DNA of 64,000 nucleotides from an uncultured Methanomicrobiales archaeon. Its GTDB lineage: Archaea > Halobacteriota > Methanomicrobia > Methanomicrobiales > Methanospirillaceae. Under the pieces are notes generated by a model. That model was not told the DNA's origin, searched no databases, and saw only the letters and a list, made by a program, of their open reading frames with translations. Of the stretch, positions 1 through 9,114 are shown piece by piece. Each line of letters starts with the position of its first letter. The stretch's first letter is position 1. A program made the position numbers and the translations under genes. The DNA lies in contig OY969100.1 in the NCBI GenBank assembly GCA_963697895.1, positions 1,504,001-1,568,000 of the forward strand. The letters are read 5' to 3'.

Positions 1-696
1 AGATGGCTCGTCTGGGAGGAGTTGTCGTGGGAAGCAAAGAGAAAGGTCACGAGCGCACTGGTTCAGCAACTGGTTCTTCACGGCGAACCGGTCGATCGAC
101 TCTTTACCGAGAGTTATATCTTTCCGGATGAGAATGGGAGGAGCCCCCTCCGTAATGCAAATGAGTTTGCCACGGTTCTGAATGCCTGTGGGCGATGGGC
201 AAAACCGGCGGTCGGCGGAGCGATCTGTCGCGGCGATCGCGGAGGAGCATATCGCGAAGCAGAACATATGCTGACCAATCATCGGGCAGTCATCCGTGAT
301 CTGCTCCGTTTTATCCTCGACACCGGGGTTGAGGAACTCACACACATGCAGCATATTCATGTCGGGAACCGGTTTCCCGACACTATCGTGGGCATCGGCG
401 CCGGAATGGCCCTTTCAAAATTAAACAGGGAGAAGCCTATACTGATCCTTTGTGAACTTCCGGAAGATTCCAGTCTCACAAAAGTTTCGATGAGGGCCAC
501 AGAGCGAATGGTCTCCCGGGGTGTGGACCTTCAACGGGCCTTAAACGATGCAGCAACCAGTTTTGGTGGTGCCGGAGGGGGGCATCGGATTGCGGCAGGA
601 GCGTTTATCCCTAAGGAATGCGAGGAGAAGTTTATCCATGAGGTCAATGATCTGCTCTCACGACAGTATGCTCAACCGGGTCAGGGTCATTGCTGA
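1..696 (+). CDS. DHH/DHHA1 family phosphoesterase (RecJ-like), 5'-truncated by window edge
   Basis: Frame is open from base 1; C-terminal DHHA1 signature KVSMR...GGAGGGHRIAAGAFIP. Confidence 0.85.
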   Translation, partial: RWLVWEELSWEAKRKVTSALVQQLVLHGEPVDRLFTESYIFPDENGRSPLRNANEFATVLNACGRWAKPAVGGAICRGDRGGAYREAEHMLTNHRAVIRDLLRFILDTGVEELTHMQHIHVGNRFPDTIVGIGAGMALSKLNREKPILILCELPEDSSLTKVSMRATERMVSRGVDLQRALNDAATSFGGAGGGHRIAAGAFIPKECEEKFIHEVNDLLSRQYAQPGQGHC

Positions 697-1117
697 TTTC
701 CAGTTCGGCCGTGGTGCCGGGGATCAGATCTTTCCCGACGCGTGCGAGTTCACCCTTTCCAGAACCGGCCGTATCCGCCAGATCCTGATTAACAATCTGC
801 GAATCGCCACGGTGCGTGCAGAGGACGGAAGACTTACTTTGAGTTTTGACGGGGCGACACGCCTTCACCGGTGCCTCCCTCCGCCAGGATACCGGGTCGT
901 AATCATCGATGATGTGGCTGAATTCATATCGCAGGGAAAAAATGCCTTTGCAAAACATGTTATTGCAGCCGACCAGGGAATCCGGGCAGATGACGAGGTC
1001 ATGGTCGTTACTGCTGATGATACCCTCATTGCAACGGGTACGGCAGCCCTTTCGGGCTCGGAGATGCTGGTATTTAATTATGGAGTAGCGGTAAACGTAC
1101 GGCACGGGAGGACATAA
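638..1117 (+). CDS. PUA-domain RNA-binding protein (archaeosine TGT C-terminal-like)
   Basis: RVIADFQFGRGAG and GKNAFAKHVI..D..IRADDEV...LIATG.A motifs; start 638 or 668. Confidence 0.8.
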   Translation: MRSMICSHDSMLNRVRVIADFQFGRGAGDQIFPDACEFTLSRTGRIRQILINNLRIATVRAEDGRLTLSFDGATRLHRCLPPPGYRVVIIDDVAEFISQGKNAFAKHVIAADQGIRADDEVMVVTADDTLIATGTAALSGSEMLVFNYGVAVNVRHGRT

Positions 1118-1118
1118 C

Positions 1119-1460
1119 ATGATGCCGGGTGGAATAAACCCAAAAAAGATGAAACAGATGATGAAACAGTTGGGGATGCAGGTCGAACCGATCGAAGATG
1201 TCCGGCAGATCGTGATCACGACGGGAAAAGGGAGATATATATTCGACGAAGCAGAAGTGACCGCTATGACGATGCAAGGTGTGAAGACCTTCCAGATCGC
1301 CGGACAGCCACGGTTCGAGGAGGGAGACCTTGAAATACCTGACGATGACGTCAGAATAGTTATGGAACAGACTTGCACAACAGAAGATATAGCACGAACA
1401 GCACTTATTGAAGTAAAAGGAGACCTTGCAGCAGCAATTCTCCGGCTCTCCCAGCCATGA
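1119..1460 (+). CDS. nac: Nascent polypeptide-associated complex protein
   Basis: GINPKKMKQMMKQLGM N-terminus; UBA-like C-terminus GDLAAAILRL. Confidence 0.95.
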   Translation: MMPGGINPKKMKQMMKQLGMQVEPIEDVRQIVITTGKGRYIFDEAEVTAMTMQGVKTFQIAGQPRFEEGDLEIPDDDVRIVMEQTCTTEDIARTALIEVKGDLAAAILRLSQP

Positions 1461-2182
1461 TCGGACAGGGTGATCGGGTTTTACTGGTTGGGAACGGCAG
1501 AAAATATTTTGTCCGGGCTGGGAACGGAAACCTTTCGACAGACCTGGGGATCGTCGACCTTGGGCTCCTTATCGGTGCATCGCCCGGTGACCAGATCGTA
1601 TCCCATATCGGCACTACATTCGTCATCCGGATCCCGAGATCTGCCGATTTTTTTGAACATGCCCGGCGAAGCGGTGCTCCCATGCTCCCCAAAGATATAG
1701 GGCTTGTTATCGGATATACCGGTATGAATCACCGGGATGCAGTCCTCGATGCGGGGACCGGCAGCGGAATCGCTGCGATCTACTTTGGCGGAATCGCTTC
1801 GACGGTCAGGACGTATGAACATCGGCCCGATTTCGCCCGGCTTGCGGTTTCCAATATCCAGGATGCGGGGCTGGATAATGTGGAAGTGATCGACCGGGAT
1901 TTCCTCGAGGCAAAAGGGAATTTCGATGTGGTGCATCTCGATATGACCATCACCCCGGCACACGTCGAACATGCCCATACGCTCCTTAATCCGGGGGGGT
2001 ATCTCGCGTGTTATACCCCCTTCCTTGAACACCTTTTCACCGTTCTGGACACCGCTCAGGGACTATTTGACGAGGTGAACGCTCATGAATGCATTGAACG
2101 GGAAATGACCCGGTCGCTGCGGGGTACCAGGCCTTCGACCCGGATCTGCCATTCCGGTTATATCAGCATTGCGCGGAAATGA
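1457..2182 (+). CDS. trmI: tRNA (adenine-N1)-methyltransferase, TrmI/GCD14 family
   Basis: PMLPKDIG, VLDAGTGSG SAM motif, YEHRPDFA, GTRPS..HSGYI. Confidence 0.9.
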   Translation: MIGQGDRVLLVGNGRKYFVRAGNGNLSTDLGIVDLGLLIGASPGDQIVSHIGTTFVIRIPRSADFFEHARRSGAPMLPKDIGLVIGYTGMNHRDAVLDAGTGSGIAAIYFGGIASTVRTYEHRPDFARLAVSNIQDAGLDNVEVIDRDFLEAKGNFDVVHLDMTITPAHVEHAHTLLNPGGYLACYTPFLEHLFTVLDTAQGLFDEVNAHECIEREMTRSLRGTRPSTRICHSGYISIARK

Positions 2183-2380
2183 TTGCAATCAAGCTTGAAA
2201 ATAAGTCTAACGAATAATGGCGGTTTAATTTAATCTTTCCCGGTTTTTAGAATGCGCTCTCGAAGAGGTGTGAACCAGTTCGTTTGAATTGCCTGACATG
2301 GGCTGTGAACGGTTATATCGGTAATTCAGTCTTTGTTTGTCATCCCGTTCCAGCAGATTTTGGATTAATTTGTTGGCAGA

Positions 2381-2418
2381 TTTAACCTTCCGGTTAACCC
2401 ATTGATTTAACCGGTTAA
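2381..2418 (+). promoter_or_regulatory. Upstream element containing TTAACC-N4-GGTTAA, shared with paralog copy 2
   Basis: TTTAACCttccGGTTAaccCATTGATTtaacCGGTTAA; homologous element at 3796-3833; both start 98-99 bp before the TATA box. Confidence 0.6.
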
Positions 2419-2470
2419 GGTCATATTAATGGCCGATTTTCTATTTAGCCCCCATAGATTGCCGAATTAA

Positions 2471-2543
2471 GAAGGAAGATTTATATATTATTCCAGCGAA
2501 CTGGATCGATGATGCTGAAGAGTATCAGCATAAAATGTAGGAG
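2471..2543 (+). promoter_or_regulatory. BRE/TATA, palindrome at predicted TSS and RBS of paralog copy 1
   Basis: Purine-rich BRE, TTTATATA 2480-2487, ATGCTGA-agagta-TCAGCAT 2512-2531, AGGAG 2539-2543. Confidence 0.75.
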
Positions 2544-2551
2544 AAACCAAG

Positions 2552-3406
2552 ATGAAGACAAAATTTGTCGTTTTGGCACTCGTTGTTATGGCCCTCTTTG
2601 TCGGAGTTGTCATGGCAGCACAGCCGCCAAGCGCAACCTTTGAAACTCAGGGTGTCAAGACATCTGAGTCTATTTCCGTGCTGAAAGGCTCGGTTTCGAG
2701 CTCAGAGTCGATGGTCATGACGGTTGCTAACAACCCTGATGGTCTCAATGCACCGCCACTCGGGAACAGCGCGGATGGCCTCGGCGAACGTCAGGCAGTG
2801 AACGTCTATACCGAGACGACCGACGCAAAGAACGGTCAGAACATCGAGTATTCGAAGACCTTTGCCGCTGATACCGGAAACAAGGTTCTCGGTACCTGGA
2901 ACACCCAGGCACACCGCTCCATCCAGTACGAGACCGACCCAACCAAGGACGGCCGTATGACCTCTGCGGAACAGATCGTCATGGATGTTGCAGGCAACTA
3001 CGGTAACAGTGCAAGTGAGTTCCTCTGTCCGTTTGCAGAGGGCAAGTCCAACTACTCGCCGGCATTCTGTAACATCGTCCAGATGGGCAGCAACCTCGAT
3101 GCAACCTATGCAAACGTCGTCACTGACGCAGCAAAGAGGGACATCCAGGGAGTTGCAGACTTCCCGATTGAAGCCCAGTACTCGATCAGCGCAAAGGGAG
3201 TGCTCGTCGACACTGCGAATGGATTGGTTGCACAGCCGTACACCGGCTCGGTAAGCGCATTCATGAACGTACACACTCAGGAAGCTCGCGGTAACAACGA
3301 CGTACCCGAGGCCGACTTCGTCTACAAGGAGACAACCTCGGCAAGCGGGTTCATCAACAGCTTCGCAAAGAGCATGTACTATCAGGACGGCGCACTGAGG
3401 ATCTAA
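2552..3406 (+). CDS. Secreted beta-rich envelope/sheath-like protein, copy 1 (type A)
   Basis: 284 aa, Sec signal peptide, conserved CPFA...PAFCNIV, no C-terminal anchor; 2 aa different from copy 4; function inferred. Confidence 0.85.
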   Translation: MKTKFVVLALVVMALFVGVVMAAQPPSATFETQGVKTSESISVLKGSVSSSESMVMTVANNPDGLNAPPLGNSADGLGERQAVNVYTETTDAKNGQNIEYSKTFAADTGNKVLGTWNTQAHRSIQYETDPTKDGRMTSAEQIVMDVAGNYGNSASEFLCPFAEGKSNYSPAFCNIVQMGSNLDATYANVVTDAAKRDIQGVADFPIEAQYSISAKGVLVDTANGLVAQPYTGSVSAFMNVHTQEARGNNDVPEADFVYKETTSASGFINSFAKSMYYQDGALRI

Positions 3407-3432
3407 GTTCGCAGGTAGTTAACTGGGAAAAT

Positions 3433-3460
3433 GGGGGAATAATCCTCCTTTTTCTTTTTT
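3433..3460 (+). terminator. Hairpin plus T-tract terminator
   Basis: gggggaataatcctcc followed by tttttctttttt. Confidence 0.6.
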
Positions 3461-3795
3461 AATGAGTTTGTTCAATTGAAGGTCTTGTTATTATTATCAA
3501 ACGCCTTTCATGTCGATGCAATCTTCTTTGGAAAAGAGTATGGTTTGATGAATTGGATTCATCATATCGATTAATAATACGGAACCGCTTCATCCCCGAT
3601 CTCTCGGAGGATAAAGACCATTCAAATATGTGCACATTCATCTCAGTGATACCAATCCGAGAACTTAATCTCAAGAATGTTAGGAGATTCCATTTCATGG
3701 ACCGCCGTGCAGGGAAATATCCTCTCTGAATGCCAGTGGATTCAAAGCCCGTTCCTGTTAGGGATAGCTGTTTTCAAAAGAATCTAAATGATTGG

Positions 3796-3945
3796 TTTAA
3801 CCGTCCGGTTAGATCATTGATTCTTTCGGTTAAACGATTAAATTGTTTATTTACGCAAATGAGCCATTTAATGAGCCTGATTTGTGAGGAAAGTTTATAC
3901 CATATTCTCGCGAATAGGATCAGTGATGCTGAGGAGTATCAGCAT
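3796..3945 (+). promoter_or_regulatory. Promoter of copy 2: upstream TTAACC-N4-GGTTA element, TATA and TSS palindrome
   Basis: Element 3796-3833, TTTATAC 3894-3900, ATGCTGA-ggagta-TCAGCAT 3926-3945. Confidence 0.7.
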
Positions 3946-3960
3946 ACGGAGATTACTAAA

Positions 3961-4815
3961 ATGAAGGCAAGTTACATCTGCTTGGCCCTTCTGCTGATGG
4001 CACTCTTTGTTGGAGTTGTCATGGCTGCAGATCCGCCAAGCGCAACCTTTGAAACTCAGGGAATCAAGTCAACCGATTCCATATCCGTGCTGAAGGGTTC
4101 GGTATCGACCTCTAAGACGATGGTCATGACCGTCGCGAACAACCCCGACGGCATCAATGCAGCGCCGCTCGAGTCGAGCGAGGACGGCCCCGGAGAACGC
4201 CAGTCCACAAACGTCTACACCGAGACAACTGACGCAAAGAACGGCCAGAACATCGAGTATTCCGCAACGGTAACCGCCGACACCGGTAACAAGGTCCTCG
4301 GTACCTATAACACCCAGGCACACCGCTCGATCCAGTACGAGACCGACCCGACAAAGGACGGCCGTATGACCTCTGCCGAGCAGATCGTCATGGATGTTGC
4401 AGGCAACTTTGGCAACAGCGCAAGCAACTTCCTCTGTCCGTTTGCAGAGGGCAAGTCCAACTACACGCCGGCATTCTGTAACATCGTCCAGATGGGCAGC
4501 AGCCTTGATGCGACCTATGCAAATGTCGTCACCGATGCAGCAAAGAGAGATATCCAGGCGACGGCCGACTTCCCGTTAGAGGCATCATACTCAATTGCGG
4601 CGAAGGGCGTGCTCGTTGACACGGCAGATGGATTAGTTGCACAGCCATACACCGGCTCGATCAACGCATACATGAACGTCCACACGCAGGAAGCTCGCGG
4701 CAACAACGACGTGCCCGAGGCCGACTTTGTATACAAGGAGTCGACTTCAGCAAGCGGGTACATCAACAACTTCGCCAAGAGCATGTACTACCAGGACGGC
4801 GCCCTGAGAATCTGA
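3961..4815 (+). CDS. Secreted beta-rich envelope/sheath-like protein, copy 2 (type B)
   Basis: Start placed at MKASYICL by alignment with paralogs and promoter position; 284 aa. Confidence 0.85.
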   Translation: MKASYICLALLLMALFVGVVMAADPPSATFETQGIKSTDSISVLKGSVSTSKTMVMTVANNPDGINAAPLESSEDGPGERQSTNVYTETTDAKNGQNIEYSATVTADTGNKVLGTYNTQAHRSIQYETDPTKDGRMTSAEQIVMDVAGNFGNSASNFLCPFAEGKSNYTPAFCNIVQMGSSLDATYANVVTDAAKRDIQATADFPLEASYSIAAKGVLVDTADGLVAQPYTGSINAYMNVHTQEARGNNDVPEADFVYKESTSASGYINNFAKSMYYQDGALRI

Positions 4816-4837
4816 ACGCAAGGTTAGAAAATTCAAC

Positions 4838-4872
4838 GCGGAAGGATCAACCTTCCCGCATATTTTTTTTTA
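4838..4872 (+). terminator. Hairpin plus T-tract terminator
   Basis: gcggaagg-atcaa-ccttcccgc followed by a run of about 10 T. Confidence 0.65.
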
Positions 4873-5111
4873 ATTTATTTTGATTTCCTTACTAACTCGC
4901 AATCAATTTTTATCGGATTATAGACAACGAAACAGCAATTTCTCTAAAAATTGATGGTTAATTCAACAAATGCCGATGGAAAGAAATACATTTTAAAGAT
5001 TAGATTCAAAATAAAATCAGGCGAATTGAAAATTAAGAAAGTATATAAGCCCTTATAACGAACAAAACTAGTGATGCTTTAGAGTATCAGATAAAATGTA
5101 GGAGGAACAAA

Positions 5112-5966
5112 ATGAAGATGAAATTTATCGTTCTGGCACTTCTGCTGATGGCACTCTTTGTGGGAGTTGTCGTGGCTGCAGATCCGCCAAGCGCGACCTT
5201 TGAAACACAGGGAATCAAGTCAACTGAGTCTATATCCGTGCTGAAAGGTTCGGTATCGACCTCTAAGACGATGGTCATGACCGTCGCGAACAACCCCGAC
5301 GGCATCAATGCACCGCCGCTCGAGTCGAGCGAGGACGGCCCCGGAGAACGCCAGTCCACAAACGTCTATACCGAGGCAACTGACGCAAAGAACGGCCAGA
5401 ACATCGAGTATTCCTCAACGGTAACCGCCGACACCGGTAACAAGGTTCTCGGTACCTATAATACCCAGGCACACCGGTCGATCCAGTACGAGACCGACCC
5501 GACAAAGGACGGCCGTATGACCTCTTCCGAACAGATCGTCATGGATGTTGCAGGCAACTTTGGCAACAGCGCAAGCAACTTCCTCTGTCCGTTTGCAGAG
5601 GGCAAGTCTGACTACACCCCGGCATTCTGCAACATCGTTCAGATGGGCAGCAGCATGGACGTTACCTATGTCAATGTCGTCACCGATGCGGCAAAGAGAG
5701 ACATTCAGGCAACCGCAGACTTCCCGCTCGAGGCATCGTACTCCATTGCGGCGAAGGGCTTACTGGTCGATACACCAGATGGATTAGTTGCCATGCCGGC
5801 GGTTGGCTCGATCAATGCATACATGAACGTCCACACGCAGGAAGCTCGCGGCAATAACGACGTGCCCGAGGCCGACTTCGTCTACAAGGAGTCGACTTCA
5901 GCAAGCGGATACATCAACAACTTCGCCAAGAGCATGTACTACCAGGACGGCGCTATAAGGATCTAA
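5112..5966 (+). CDS. Secreted beta-rich envelope/sheath-like protein, copy 3 (type B')
   Basis: 284 aa, closest to copy 2; TATA TATATAAG at 5042, degenerate palindrome 5074-5093, GGAGG RBS. Confidence 0.85.
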   Translation: MKMKFIVLALLLMALFVGVVVAADPPSATFETQGIKSTESISVLKGSVSTSKTMVMTVANNPDGINAPPLESSEDGPGERQSTNVYTEATDAKNGQNIEYSSTVTADTGNKVLGTYNTQAHRSIQYETDPTKDGRMTSSEQIVMDVAGNFGNSASNFLCPFAEGKSDYTPAFCNIVQMGSSMDVTYVNVVTDAAKRDIQATADFPLEASYSIAAKGLLVDTPDGLVAMPAVGSINAYMNVHTQEARGNNDVPEADFVYKESTSASGYINNFAKSMYYQDGAIRI

Positions 5967-6370
5967 ATCGGGTTTACACCCATCTGAATGGGGTAATTCC
6001 CTCATTTTTATTTTTTCACAATCCCGATTGTGGATCTTTCCTACTAAGGCATGGGGATTCTTTTCTGGTAATTAATCAAAATGAGTATAAATTCCAAAAA
6101 ACCTATCGAAAGAGAAGATCTGATTGATTTCAACTACTCATGAGAGCGCGTGCGGGGCTCACTTCGATATCTATTGGAAAGAAGATGCGGGAATCAGGAT
6201 CCACTCTTAACACATATCCTCCAATTGTCCGTGAGAACGTTTCTAAGCCGAATAAACAAGATAAAAGCCCTGTACATTGTAAGATTTAAGAGAGAAAGTT
6301 TATAAGATCCTGTAACAAAAGGTTGGATGGTGCTGAAGAGTATCAGCATAAGAATGCAGGAGAAACCAAG

Positions 6371-7225
6371 ATGAAAACAAAATTTGTCGTTCTGGCACTC
6401 GTTGTTATGGCCCTCTTTGTCGGAGTTGTCATGGCAGCACAGCCGCCAAGCGCAACCTTTGAAACTCAGGGTGTCAAGACATCTGAGTCCATTTCCGTGC
6501 TGAAAGGCTCGGTTTCGAGCTCTGAGTCGATGGTCATGACGGTTGCTAACAACCCTGATGGTCTCAATGCACCGCCACTCGGGAACAGCGCGGATGGCCT
6601 CGGCGAACGCCAGGCAGTGAACGTCTATACCGAGACGACCGACGCAAAGAACGGTCAGAACATCGAGTATTCGAAGACCTTTGCCGCTGATACCGGAAAC
6701 AAGGTTCTCGGTACCTGGAACACCCAGGCACACCGCTCCATCCAGTACGAGACCGACCCAACCAAGGACGGCCGTATGACCTCTGCGGAACAGATCGTCA
6801 TGGATGTTGCAGGCAACTACGGTAACAGTGCAAGTGAGTTCCTCTGTCCGTTTGCAGAGGGCAAGTCCAACTACTCGCCGGCATTCTGTAACATCGTCCA
6901 GATGGGCAGCAACCTCGATGCGACCTATGCAAACGTCGTCACTGACGCGGCAAAGAGGGACATCCAGGGAGTTGCAGACTTCCCGATTGAGGCACAGTAC
7001 TCGATCAGCGCAAAGGGTGTTCTCGTCGACACTGCGGACGGATTGGTTGCACAGCCGTACACCGGATCGGTAAGCGCATTCATGAACGTACACACTCAGG
7101 AAGCTCGCGGTAACAACGACGTACCCGAGGCCGACTTCGTCTACAAGGAGACAACCTCGGCAAGCGGGTACATCAACAGCTTCGCAAAGAGCATGTACTA
7201 TCAGGACGGCGCACTGAGGATCTAG
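6371..7225 (+). CDS. Secreted beta-rich envelope/sheath-like protein, copy 4 (type A')
   Basis: Start MKTKFVV at 6371; TATA TTTATAAG at 6299; palindrome gTGCTGA-agagta-TCAGCAT 6330-6349. Confidence 0.85.
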   Translation: MKTKFVVLALVVMALFVGVVMAAQPPSATFETQGVKTSESISVLKGSVSSSESMVMTVANNPDGLNAPPLGNSADGLGERQAVNVYTETTDAKNGQNIEYSKTFAADTGNKVLGTWNTQAHRSIQYETDPTKDGRMTSAEQIVMDVAGNYGNSASEFLCPFAEGKSNYSPAFCNIVQMGSNLDATYANVVTDAAKRDIQGVADFPIEAQYSISAKGVLVDTADGLVAQPYTGSVSAFMNVHTQEARGNNDVPEADFVYKETTSASGYINSFAKSMYYQDGALRI

Positions 7226-7241
7226 ACACTGGAAACAAGAA

Positions 7242-7275
7242 GTGTGGGTTAAACCCATACTAATTTTATTTTTAT
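7242..7275 (+). terminator. Hairpin plus T-rich terminator
   Basis: gtgtgggtt-a-aacccatac followed by a T-rich tract. Confidence 0.55.
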
Positions 7276-8073
7276 AAGGTTTTTATTTTATTAATTCAGG
7301 AAATGGTCTTTTCTGAATGCATCAAGAGAACAGAAGTCTGCCCGTTTCCTTTATCTTATCAGGCAAAATCGAAAATTTTAATTTTATCCACCGCAGGACA
7401 ACATCCGACTCACCATCGGGTGCAAATGAAAGGCCTGCGTTCAGTTCCTGGTGATATCCGCGATATTCTACCGCTTACCGAAAGACCCCGGTCACCCATT
7501 AATAATCTATCGGCCGGTGGAAGGTGCTTGGATTATTTTCTCAAATATGATTCTGTCGAAAGCTCTTATGGTATGAGTCTCGTATGTGGGCTAGTTTTTA
7601 CGCTCGGGTTTGAAACCCGTTATCTTTCCGGTGAAGATACGATATGACCATGATACAGTCAGCTGGATTTGTGCCTGAAATCATTAATGCCTTTATTCAA
7701 TTTGATCTGGAAATCTCCTCCCGTGTCTTGTTCAGAATTAAATGCCTATTTCTTGCCTGCATTTCCACCAAACAAGGTGAGTTCCTGGGGGACTAATAAA
7801 TAGGGTTAAGAGTAAATAAAAATCAACATTTCTTCTTAATGTTGAATTATTTACCCACGGCATACCGAATTGTTCTTGTTATTGAAGTTTTTCGCCGGAG
7901 AAATCCTAATCCGGAAATGATAATTAAAGAGTTTCGTTGATAATCGATATTGATATCCGATATAAGCATTCAAGTTGAAGGATGATGTGTTCTTTGGATT
8001 TCTAGGCGAGTAATTATAAAAGGTTAGATCCCTGTGTAAACATTCAGAAAAAAAGAAGAATATAGGTTTCAGC

Positions 8074-8868
8074 CTACTCGTCCGTCTCGTAAGTCATACT
8101 CTTCTGGAGTTGGAAGAGACCGCTGACACTGGTCGTATCTTCGAACTGGGTGTCTGCACCGAGTGCGGTCGCATTTCCTCGTCCGGTCATCTCATGTACC
8201 TTGATATACGCAGAAGCAGTTCCTTCTGCATCAGATCCGGTACCATTCAGTCCCTGAGCATTGACATCGTAGTGGACACTTACGTCGTTATCCACATCGG
8301 ATACCGATGTTGTCGTTGCATGGCTGAGTGCAGATACCTTCGTCACATCCAGATTGCTTCCGGACTGTACCATCGTATTTTCTGCCGGTAACGTGGTGTT
8401 GTCCTGGTTCGGGAACGGGCAGCATGTCGTTGTATTCTCCGCAGCTGTGGATGCTTCGAAGAAGGTCACTTCTTCCTGGGAGGACATCCGGCCATTTGTA
8501 TCCGCCTCAAAGGTGAGCAATCGTGTTGAATCCAGATTATTTCCTCCCGGCACCTGGTTCGCGTCATTATACGCGAAGTGCTTTGCATATGTCGTATTCC
8601 CTTTGATCGCCATCGTGTTCTCTGAGTACGCTGTCGTCTGGAATACTTCTCCGGCTACCAAAGGAGGGTTGTTCTGCATATCTTCGTTGTCCAGCTGAGA
8701 TGCCAGGGTAGAATGCGCTCCAAAGTTCCCATCGCACGTAGCAAAGGTGTCAACAGTCAGACCGGATGTCTCGTTCGCCGCAGATAGGGTCCTGACTGCA
8801 AGAGCAGACCCGGAAAAGAGACCCAATATCATCAAAATGATGATAATCAGTAGTAAGGATACTCGCAT
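8074..8868 (-). CDS. Divergent paralog of the secreted beta-rich family
   Basis: Signal peptide; NPPL, YSENT, GRMSSQE, CCPF, QSGSNLDVT, ASAYIKVHEM.GRGN and FEDTTSVSG align with copies 1-4. Confidence 0.8.
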   Translation of the reverse strand: MRVSLLLIIIILMILGLFSGSALAVRTLSAANETSGLTVDTFATCDGNFGAHSTLASQLDNEDMQNNPPLVAGEVFQTTAYSENTMAIKGNTTYAKHFAYNDANQVPGGNNLDSTRLLTFEADTNGRMSSQEEVTFFEASTAAENTTTCCPFPNQDNTTLPAENTMVQSGSNLDVTKVSALSHATTTSVSDVDNDVSVHYDVNAQGLNGTGSDAEGTASAYIKVHEMTGRGNATALGADTQFEDTTSVSGLFQLQKSMTYETDE

Positions 8869-9114
8869 GTTCAGTTCGCCACCTTGATTGGAAATTATTT
8901 AATTCCACTTTGAAATTACGTTTATTGTATATATAAATATTGTCCTCTCAAGATTTTCCGAGAGAGCATTCACAGGGTAAGTGTCCAAATCCCTCCAAAA
9001 TAAGGCGATTTCCTGTTTTGTATTCGTTTACGATAAATATTCTAAAATGGTCTTCTTCAATTCGCTATAAAAAAGTAGGAGGGATATTCCCACCCTGTTC
9101 TTCACCAGTTCACT

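Noticed and set aside
3730-3960. 77-aa N-terminal extension of copy 2 (similar extensions listed for copies 4 and 5)
   Set aside because: The extensions run through the leader palindrome (and the TATA for copy 2); paralog alignment fixes starts at 3961, 6371 and 9963
6194-7258. Long antisense and alternate-frame ORFs over the paralog copies (also 2702-3274 and others)
   Set aside because: Shadows of strongly biased codon usage; they recur only because the sense genes are duplicated
7303-7647. 114-aa ORF in the gap between converging paralogs
   Set aside because: No recognisable motifs or RBS; composition looks non-coding
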